Shown here one piece after another: positions 7,806 to 14,930 of a stretch of DNA of 14,930 nt. Below the pieces are notes generated by a model, which had not been told where the DNA came from, ran no database searches, and was given only the letters and a program-made list of their open reading frames with translations. The position numbers and the translations under genes were made by a program. Source of the stretch: Calditrichaceae bacterium. Its GTDB lineage: Bacteria > Calditrichota > Calditrichia > Calditrichales > JBFXGD01. Each line of letters starts with the position of its first letter. The stretch's first letter is position 1. Where the stretch lies: positions 1 through 14,930 of the forward strand of contig JBFXGD010000078.1 in the NCBI GenBank assembly GCA_050178385.1. Reading direction: 5' to 3'.

Positions 7806-9536
7806 TTGAATTTAATCTTTGAAAATGTCAATTACCAGTACCCAAAAGGTAAGACGCTTGCGCTCAAAGATATCAATTTAGCCACAGGCGGAGATCGTGT
7901 AATTGCGTTGATGGGACGGACCGGATCGGGCAAGACAACGTTGTTAAGCGCAATGAACGGGATTATACCTCAGTTTCATGACGGTAATTTTGACGGAAAA
8001 GTTCTGCTGAATGAGGACTCTACATCCGATCTGCCTATTCAGCAGCTTGTCCGCAAGGTGGGTCTTGTTCTACAGGACCCGGAGACACAGATTTTTGGAT
8101 TAACTGTTGAAAAAGACATCGCCTTCGGCCCAAGTAATTTGAATTTTCCAAAAGAAAAAATAAATGAAATTGTAAAAATGTCCGCTAGAGCCGTTAATCT
8201 GGAATCATTTATGGAAAGGTCTCCCGATCAGCTCTCCGGGGGCGAAAAACAACGGCTCGCCATTGCCGGCATACTTGCTCTTGAGTCACCGGTGCTGGTT
8301 CTGGATGAACCAACTTCTGAACTGGATCCGGAAGGCGCGGAAACAGTCAATCAGGCATTACAAAATTTGAAGAACGGGGGACACCGGCTGATCATTTTCA
8401 GCACCCATAATCCCGATAATGTAATCGGTTCAGCGGATGAAATATGGGTCATGGAAAGCGGTGAAATTAAATATATAGGCGATCCCGGAAATTTTTTCAG
8501 TCATATGGATTTACCGGGAATTTACGGATTGCAAATTCCGGAGGTAACCGATCTTTTTAGAAAAATGCATTACCTCAATTGGTACAAAAAAGATGAACTG
8601 CCTGTGACTCTGGAATCGGCCGTTTCGGATTTTGAAAAAATTCTGAAAAAAGTAAAAAATATTAATGTGCCGCGTGCCAAATATCTTATGACGCGGTCTG
8701 CCGGATCGCAGAACAGAATTATTGAGATAGACAGATTAAGTCACCATTACACCAGCGGACAGCTTGCGGTGGACAATGTGTCGCTTACGATTAATTCGCA
8801 GCAGATTGTCGCAATCCTTGGTAAAAACGGCGCGGGCAAAACCACGCTGGTCAAACATCTGATCGGGTTGCTAAGACCCACTCAGGGAAGGGTGTTGATC
8901 AAAGGCCGGGACATCGCGGATCTCAGAATCGAGGAGATAAGCCGTGATGTGGGTTTTGTGTTTCAGAACCCGGATCATCAGATATTTTCACCGTCAATCT
9001 ATGAAGAAATTGAATATGGTCTGCTTAATCATGGATTTGATAAAGTGTCAGCAAAAGAAAAAATTCAGAATGCTCTGGAACTGACAGGACTTACCGGTAA
9101 GGAGCATTTACACCCGTTCAGCCTGAGTAAAGGAGAGAGACAAAAAATTGCCATGGCATCCGTCCTGGCGGTGGAGCCTGAAATAATTGTAATCGATGAG
9201 CCCACTACCGGTCTTGACTGGAGAGATTCCATAGCTCTCATGGAAGAAATACGCAAACTAAAGGAAAAAGGCCATACGATCATTATGATTACACACAACC
9301 TGCGTCTGGCGGCTGATTATGCGGATAAAGTGATTCTATTGCAGAATGGTAAACTGATTTGTGAAGGAGAAACCCACTCCATATTGAATGATATGGAGTT
9401 GCTGAAGAAAACCTCATTGAGGCCTTTGCAGATCTCGCTGTTGGTTCACAGGATGAAAAAATACGGAATACCACAGGATATCATCACGATAAGCGAATTA
9501 ATTGATTATATGAAATTTGTAATACAGGAAAACTAG
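7806..9536 (+). CDS. ECF transporter fused double ATPase (EcfA-EcfA')
   Basis: Two ABC cassettes: GRTGSGKT / LQDPETQ / LSGGEKQR / LDEPT and GKNGAGKT / FQNPDHQ / LSKGERQK / IDEPT. The Q-helix PxxQ is typical of ECF ATPases. Confidence 0.92.
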   Translation: MNLIFENVNYQYPKGKTLALKDINLATGGDRVIALMGRTGSGKTTLLSAMNGIIPQFHDGNFDGKVLLNEDSTSDLPIQQLVRKVGLVLQDPETQIFGLTVEKDIAFGPSNLNFPKEKINEIVKMSARAVNLESFMERSPDQLSGGEKQRLAIAGILALESPVLVLDEPTSELDPEGAETVNQALQNLKNGGHRLIIFSTHNPDNVIGSADEIWVMESGEIKYIGDPGNFFSHMDLPGIYGLQIPEVTDLFRKMHYLNWYKKDELPVTLESAVSDFEKILKKVKNINVPRAKYLMTRSAGSQNRIIEIDRLSHHYTSGQLAVDNVSLTINSQQIVAILGKNGAGKTTLVKHLIGLLRPTQGRVLIKGRDIADLRIEEISRDVGFVFQNPDHQIFSPSIYEEIEYGLLNHGFDKVSAKEKIQNALELTGLTGKEHLHPFSLSKGERQKIAMASVLAVEPEIIVIDEPTTGLDWRDSIALMEEIRKLKEKGHTIIMITHNLRLAADYADKVILLQNGKLICEGETHSILNDMELLKKTSLRPLQISLLVHRMKKYGIPQDIITISELIDYMKFVIQEN

Positions 9537-10337
9537 ATGTTTTTAGAATACCAAAAGGGGAATTCGATTCTGCATAGACTCGATATCAGGACAAAGGGAC
9601 TGGGGTTTATCGTTGTCGTCATTGCTGCTTTTTTGTTTACAGCACCCGAGTATAATTTAATCATATTAATTCTGTGCCTGGCATTAATGAGACACATCCG
9701 GATGCCGGCGAGCAGGCTGGAGATGATGCTTAAGCCCCTGATCCCTATCCTGATTTTAATAATACTTTTCTCAGCGGTTTCTTACAGTCCTGAATATTTT
9801 CAGAAACCTATGTCTCAAAAAGTCTTGTTCTCAGCAGGATTTATGACATGCACGGTTGGCGGCATTCTGCTGGGTATTTCTCTAAGCATCAGAATACTGA
9901 CCATGGTAATCGCCTCGACGCTACTGACTTATTCAACACCGATTGATGACTTTATACACATACTCAGGCTTATGCGAGTTTCGCATAAAATTGCCTTTGT
10001 TCTCACAACAGGAATGAGATTTATACCAACCATGGACAAAAAATCACGACAAATTATAGAGGCGCAAAGAACCAGAGGCGCTAATTTCCATGAGGGCGGC
10101 CTGGTCCGTAAAATCAAAGCTTATATTCCGGTAATGGTCCCGATGATCGTCGAATCGCTCCGCATGTCGGAAAACCTGGCTATGGCGATGCTGAACCGCG
10201 GGTTCGGCGCGTCAAAAAACTGGACGGTTATGGACGAGCTGAATCCGGGTATAAAAGATGCCGTTATTACGATTTCTTTACTGTTTATTATCACTCTGTT
10301 GATTTATTTAAAAATTTTAGGATACGGAAAAATCTGA
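9537..10337 (+). CDS. ecfT: ECF transporter transmembrane T component
   Basis: Y..GNSILHRLDIRTK N-terminus, RFIPT motif, and two coupling Arg motifs (EAQRTRG, AMLNRGF). Starts immediately after the ATPase stop (TAGATG). Confidence 0.92.
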   Translation: MFLEYQKGNSILHRLDIRTKGLGFIVVVIAAFLFTAPEYNLIILILCLALMRHIRMPASRLEMMLKPLIPILILIILFSAVSYSPEYFQKPMSQKVLFSAGFMTCTVGGILLGISLSIRILTMVIASTLLTYSTPIDDFIHILRLMRVSHKIAFVLTTGMRFIPTMDKKSRQIIEAQRTRGANFHEGGLVRKIKAYIPVMVPMIVESLRMSENLAMAMLNRGFGASKNWTVMDELNPGIKDAVITISLLFIITLLIYLKILGYGKI

Positions 10338-10350
10338 AAAGGAAAATGTT

Positions 10351-11352
10351 ATGTCTGAACTGGAAGAAAGAATTTATGGTGCGTTAATTGGGGTTGCGGC
10401 GGGTGATGCCATGGGTATGCCCTCGTCAATGATGAGTCCGGAAATCATTCGCTCTACTTTCAAGACATACATCACCGATTTCCTGCCGGCTCCGAAAGGA
10501 CATGTCATACATGATAAGATGGCAGCAGGGCAAATAACCGATGATACACAGCAAACCCTGTCACTGGCGGATTCAATCATTGAGAAGGGGTTTGTGGATC
10601 CGCATGATGTGGCAAAAAAACTTATCGAATGGGCGGAATCGGTTGATGCCTTCGATTCAATGATTCTTGGGCCGAGTACGCTTCGAAGCCTTTACGCAAT
10701 CAAGGCAGGCAAGTCAATTGAGGAATCCGGGACAGCGGGGGATACAAACGGCGCGGCAATGAAAATAAGCCCGGCAGGAATTTTTGGAATGGGCAATCGT
10801 GAAAAAACGGTCGATGCGGTCGCGAAAGTTTGCATGGCTACTCACAACACCAATATTGCGATTGCGGGGGCATCTGCTGTCGCGATGGCTGTGGGCAAAG
10901 GTATCACCGGTGAACAGGACATGAATACAATCATCGCGCACGCGTTTCAGGCGGTGGAGCTCGGGATGGGAAAGGGAAGGATATGGTACGGGGCATCGAT
11001 CATTGACCGCACAAGATTGGCGCTTGAAATTGTCTCCGGAAATTCCGAGAAATCCGAAAAACTGGAAACGCTTTACAAAGTCATTGGCGCGGGTGTTGCT
11101 ATGACGGAAACGGTTCCCGTTTGTCTGGCCATCGCCAAACTGGCTGAAGGCAATCCGGTGGAGGCGATTCAGATGGCGACGAACCTCGGCGGAGACTGTG
11201 ATACAATCGCTTCTATTACAGGCGGAATTTGCGGGGCCATCTCCGGGTCCAGGGCATTCCCCAATAAATGGATTGAAATAATTGAAAGAGTTAATCATTT
11301 AAATCTGGAGGGGTACGCGCGCAAATTATATCAGGTCGTCAATAAAAATTAG
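10351..11352 (+). CDS. ADP-ribosylglycohydrolase (DraG/ARH family), YegU-like subgroup
   Basis: GALIGVAAGDAMGMP, QITDDT, LGPST, TNGAAMKISP, TH, LYKVIGAG...ETVP and NLGGDCDTIA. The metal-binding TDD and DxDT motifs are intact. No signal peptide, so cytoplasmic. Confidence 0.92.
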   Translation: MSELEERIYGALIGVAAGDAMGMPSSMMSPEIIRSTFKTYITDFLPAPKGHVIHDKMAAGQITDDTQQTLSLADSIIEKGFVDPHDVAKKLIEWAESVDAFDSMILGPSTLRSLYAIKAGKSIEESGTAGDTNGAAMKISPAGIFGMGNREKTVDAVAKVCMATHNTNIAIAGASAVAMAVGKGITGEQDMNTIIAHAFQAVELGMGKGRIWYGASIIDRTRLALEIVSGNSEKSEKLETLYKVIGAGVAMTETVPVCLAIAKLAEGNPVEAIQMATNLGGDCDTIASITGGICGAISGSRAFPNKWIEIIERVNHLNLEGYARKLYQVVNKN

Positions 11353-11371
11353 TCATCATGGAGAGAATATT

Positions 11372-13261
11372 ATGTCCATTTTTAATCATCTTCGAATTTA
11401 TGCAATTGTTTTATTTTTAATCGTACTTGTATCGCATACATTGGGTAGTGATGACTCGACGAAAGTAAAACAGGATAGGATGGCGGAACGGGTGATTCTT
11501 ACCGCCGAGGATTTTAAGAAATTAAATTGTGAAAATGTCGGTGACGCTTTGAGTAATCTTTCGGGTGTCACGGTGAGTTCATTAGGGGAGGTCTCTCTAA
11601 GAGATGTAAGTTCATCAAAAGTGGTCATCATATTTGACGGACAAAAATTAAATACAGCCGGCGGAACCGGAGTCAGGGTCAATTCTATTTCGATTGAAAA
11701 TATTGAAAAGGTAGAGCTTCTGAGGGGCGGCCGGTCAGCTCAGTACGGCGCCGATGCTGTCGGAGGTGTTATACGTATTACTTCAAAAACACAGAAATCT
11801 CAGGAAGCTCTCTGGAACGTTGGCGCGAGGGCCAGTTACGGTTCATACAACAATCAGATATACGGTTTAAATCACTCTCTTTCTTCGGGTTCATTTGATT
11901 ATTTTGCTTCCTATAAACGGGAAACATGGGATGGTGACTTTGAATACACTGACAATTTCGGAGAACGGGTCAATCTTGAAAATAACGAGCAGGATTCTTA
12001 TTTTCTGTTTCTTAAATCCGGTTACAGGCTGGATGACATCCAGAACATCAACGCCTCATTCAGTTATTACAAAGCGGACAATGGTACACCTGGTATGATT
12101 GACAACCAGACTCCGAACGCGCGTATCCGTTTTGATAACAAATCCTACAATCTCAACTATGACAATAAAGCTCTATTTAAAGATTTCTCAATGAAAATGC
12201 AGGGATATTTTCTGGACAATGAGACAAAATTTGATGACCCGGACGGTTTGGTACCCGTTCACAGTGATCATGACAATTATGCGCTGGGAATTGATCTGCA
12301 GCAGGCGGGAAACCTTTCGGAACTGCTGAGTGTTTCCTATGGTTATTCCTATCGAAACGACCGTATTGAAAGCACGGATATCGAGAATAAAAACCGGGAT
12401 ACACAGAGCGGTTTCTCAACGCTCACCATTGCTAAGGATGTGAATAAATTGATCTCGCGCTGGGATGTTGCCCTTGCCCTGAGATATGATGCTCCTTCAG
12501 ATTTTGACCCCGAATTCAGTCCGCGCCTAAGCATCGGTGTTTCAAGCAATAATGACCTGGTAAACACTTCATTGCAGACTCATATAACCCGTTCATACCG
12601 CGCGCCCACGTTTAATGATCTGTATTGGCCCCGTGATGCTTTCGCGGTCGGAAATCCTGATCTTAAGCCCGAAGTAGGATTTAATTATGATATCGGAATT
12701 AATCTGTCAAAAACGATTGAATCGGCAAATTTGTCCGGATCAGTAAACTACTTCGTCAATGAGGTAACGGATTTAATCCTGTGGGCTCAGGACCCGGCTT
12801 TGAACAATTTATGGACCCCAAAAAACATATCGGAAACATCGACTAAGGGAATTGAATTTTCAAGTACGATTGATCTGTTTAAAGGCAAAGTCGTTTTGAA
12901 TTCGGAATACACCTATATGAAAGCCCTGGATAAGGGTCCTGATCCGAACAGGAATAACAAGTATATCATTTACAAACCCAAAAATAAATTAGATTTTACC
13001 GGGACATTCAGACTGTACGATTTTGAATGGAATATCATGTATCATTATTACGGATTGCGGTACACTAACCCCGCGAATACGTTGTGGCTCGATGCGGTGA
13101 GCCTGATTGATACAAATGTAACTTATAAATTCGACTTTAATCGTTATAAAGCAAATATCACCTTTGAGGTAAGTAATCTCACCGATGAAGACTATCAGCG
13201 TGTGCGGAATACCGCTGAACCCGGAAGAATGTTTAAGATGTCATTTGGAATAGATATTTAG
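11372..13261 (+). CDS. TonB-dependent outer-membrane receptor, BtuB-like (copy 1; no N-terminal extension, no evident TonB box)
   Basis: Signal peptide. Plug motifs VVIIFDGQKLN and IEKVELLRGGRSAQYGADAVGGVIRI. Barrel motif YRAPTFNDLYW...GNPDLKPE. C-terminal NLTDEDY...PGRMFKMSFGIDI. Confidence 0.88.
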   Translation: MSIFNHLRIYAIVLFLIVLVSHTLGSDDSTKVKQDRMAERVILTAEDFKKLNCENVGDALSNLSGVTVSSLGEVSLRDVSSSKVVIIFDGQKLNTAGGTGVRVNSISIENIEKVELLRGGRSAQYGADAVGGVIRITSKTQKSQEALWNVGARASYGSYNNQIYGLNHSLSSGSFDYFASYKRETWDGDFEYTDNFGERVNLENNEQDSYFLFLKSGYRLDDIQNINASFSYYKADNGTPGMIDNQTPNARIRFDNKSYNLNYDNKALFKDFSMKMQGYFLDNETKFDDPDGLVPVHSDHDNYALGIDLQQAGNLSELLSVSYGYSYRNDRIESTDIENKNRDTQSGFSTLTIAKDVNKLISRWDVALALRYDAPSDFDPEFSPRLSIGVSSNNDLVNTSLQTHITRSYRAPTFNDLYWPRDAFAVGNPDLKPEVGFNYDIGINLSKTIESANLSGSVNYFVNEVTDLILWAQDPALNNLWTPKNISETSTKGIEFSSTIDLFKGKVVLNSEYTYMKALDKGPDPNRNNKYIIYKPKNKLDFTGTFRLYDFEWNIMYHYYGLRYTNPANTLWLDAVSLIDTNVTYKFDFNRYKANITFEVSNLTDEDYQRVRNTAEPGRMFKMSFGIDI

Positions 13262-13268
13262 GAAAAAC

Positions 13269-14930
13269 ATGTATTCAAAAATGATCAAATACTGTTTTAC
13301 AGTTTGCGCCTTTCTTCTTATGGGAAATGAGGATCTGAACGCGCAGGACAGCGGGAAAATCTATGGGTATATACTGGACAGAAATACGGGAAAACCTATA
13401 GAACAGGCCTGTGTCGTGCTTGATCCGGATTCAATCGGCGCAGAAACTAATTTCGACGGCATTTATTTTATTCCGAAGATACCCTCGGGCAGGTATCAGC
13501 TGCGAGTTGAGATGATCGGTTACGAAACCATTTCAGAGCATTCCGTTACAATTCAGCCGAATGAATCCAGGGAAATGAATTTCTTTCTAAAGCCGATTAT
13601 CTTAACCGGCTCTGATGAGATTGTTGTCACCGCGACCCGTGGAAAATCAATGACGAATGAAGTTCCGGCATCGGTGGATGTCATAAGTATGGAAAAGATA
13701 CAGCTTCTTGCGCCGCAGAATATGGCGGAAGTGCTTGAAAATGTACAGGGTGTATTTATTAAGGATTACGGAGGCATCGGTGGGAATAAGACCATCTCAC
13801 TAAGAGGCTCCAGTTCGGAACAGGTGCTTGTTCTCCTGGACGGTCAGAGATTAAATGACGCGCAGAGCGGACAGGTTGATTTCAGCGCAATCTCTTTGGA
13901 AGGAGTTGAGAAAATTGAGGTGGTAAGGGGAGGTAATTCAGCACTTTACGGGGCTGACGCGGTGGGCGGCGTCATAAATATCATTACGAGTAAAAAACAC
14001 GACAGGGAAGGCATATCAGGTTCGTTAAAAATGATGAACGGTTCTTTTCAATCTTTATCCGTAGAACCCGCGCTTAAAGTCAGATATGATAATTTCGGCG
14101 GATCACTTAGCTTTAAATATCTCAGCAGCGAAGGAGACTTTTCTTATAAAAATCTTGAAGGCCGGGATGAAAAGCTCGACAATAATGACATTACCGCACA
14201 GGATCTGTTCGCGCGTTTTTACTATCTGTTTGACGACTCCCTTTTTCAAAGAACGCTGAATTTTTCATACAAATATTATGACTCCGAGAGAGGCAGCCCC
14301 GGGAATATTGAACTTCCGTATCGTTCTGCCCGTCTCTGGAACACAAGCCAGCAATTTAATACGACATTTTCCGGAAAAGTTTTTAATCTGATGAACGATC
14401 TTCAGGTTCAGGCCTACGCGCATACAGGTAATTCAAGATATAAAAATGACGAAGGCCTTGTTCTGATAGACAGCCGTTACGAAAACGGCACCTACGGTCT
14501 GGAAACACAGATGCAATCCATATTTACCGGCGGACAAATGCTCACATACGGCGCGGGTTACCGAAACGATTGGATGAACAGCGAAGAGTTTGCCGAAGAC
14601 CATACAAGGGATTCCTATTATATTTTTCTGCAAAATGAGACCGAAATTAAGATGAAAAACCATTATCCGCTGAAATCATTGACATTTGTGCCTGCCGTGC
14701 GGCTGGATGGATTTTCTGATTTCGGGTCACACGTATCTCCGAAAATCGGCGGAGTGATAAACTTTGGACACTCCTGGCAAACAGCTCTCAAATGGAACGC
14801 CGGTCTCAGTTACCGGGCGCCTAATTTTAACGAATTGTACTGGCCGGAAGACGCGTGGACAAAAGGAAATTCTGATCTGGAAGCGGAACACGGCTATGAC
14901 TGGGATGCGGGGATACGGCTTCGCTACCCG
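13269..14930 (+). CDS. TonB-dependent receptor, BtuB-like, with carboxypeptidase-regulatory-like N-terminal domain (copy 2; 3'-truncated by the window edge, not in ORF track)
   Basis: Manual translation is open from ATG 13269 to the end: MYSKMIKYCFTVCAFLLMGNEDLNAQDSGKIYGYILDRNTGKPIEQA...IGYET..., TonB box DEIVVTA (13614-13634), plug IKDYGGIGGNKTISLRGSSSEQVLVLLDG, IEVVRGGNSALYGADAVGGVINIIT, ...SYRAPNFNELYWPEDAWTKGNSDLEAE. Confidence 0.9.
   Translation, partial: MYSKMIKYCFTVCAFLLMGNEDLNAQDSGKIYGYILDRNTGKPIEQACVVLDPDSIGAETNFDGIYFIPKIPSGRYQLRVEMIGYETISEHSVTIQPNESREMNFFLKPIILTGSDEIVVTATRGKSMTNEVPASVDVISMEKIQLLAPQNMAEVLENVQGVFIKDYGGIGGNKTISLRGSSSEQVLVLLDGQRLNDAQSGQVDFSAISLEGVEKIEVVRGGNSALYGADAVGGVINIITSKKHDREGISGSLKMMNGSFQSLSVEPALKVRYDNFGGSLSFKYLSSEGDFSYKNLEGRDEKLDNNDITAQDLFARFYYLFDDSLFQRTLNFSYKYYDSERGSPGNIELPYRSARLWNTSQQFNTTFSGKVFNLMNDLQVQAYAHTGNSRYKNDEGLVLIDSRYENGTYGLETQMQSIFTGGQMLTYGAGYRNDWMNSEEFAEDHTRDSYYIFLQNETEIKMKNHYPLKSLTFVPAVRLDGFSDFGSHVSPKIGGVINFGHSWQTALKWNAGLSYRAPNFNELYWPEDAWTKGNSDLEAEHGYDWDAGIRLRYP

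Noticed and set aside
10714..11298. 194-aa antisense ORF, plus the other short overlapping ORFs in the track (e.g. 1989-2291, 6951-7235, 11398-11682, 14433-14663)
   Set aside because: They lie within well-supported genes on the opposite strand or in another frame and have no recognisable motifs, so they are shadow ORFs.
10351..11352. ARH as nitrogenase regulator DraG or as an antitoxin/anti-phage component
   Set aside because: No draT, nif or ADP-ribosyltransferase gene is in the window. The sequence resembles YegU and the context is metabolic/transport.
1..14930. Mobile elements, CRISPR arrays, tRNA/rRNA
   Set aside because: No transposase or integrase motifs, regular repeat-spacer pattern or RNA-gene signatures were seen. 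The window is almost entirely coding.

Overview
Bacterial chromosomal window, probably from a diderm FCB-group organism such as Calditrichota/KSB1/Ignavibacteria. This is inferred from canonical sigma70 promoters, Shine-Dalgarno sites and TonB-dependent receptors, one with a carboxypeptidase-like N-terminal extension. The left part is housekeeping: 5'-truncated pyrD, a 4HBT-type thioesterase, and a convergent acyl-CoA/acyl-ACP synthetase-ACP-acyltransferase fusion. From 4138 to the window end is one tightly packed + strand operon. It is driven by a near-consensus sigma70 promoter with a HutC-type palindromic operator. Gene order: secreted metallophosphoesterase, GntR/UTRA regulator, CblT-like alpha-ribazole ECF S component, CblS-like alpha-ribazole kinase, fused ECF ATPase, EcfT, YegU-like ADP-ribosylglycohydrolase, and two paralogous BtuB-like TonB-dependent receptors. 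The second receptor is absent from the ORF track and runs off the window. My best hypothesis is a possibly undescribed, repressor-controlled (not riboswitch-controlled) pathway that harvests and breaks down the alpha-linked nucleotide loop of cobamides, or another alpha-riboside. Family calls come from motif recognition and recalled sequences, not database searches.
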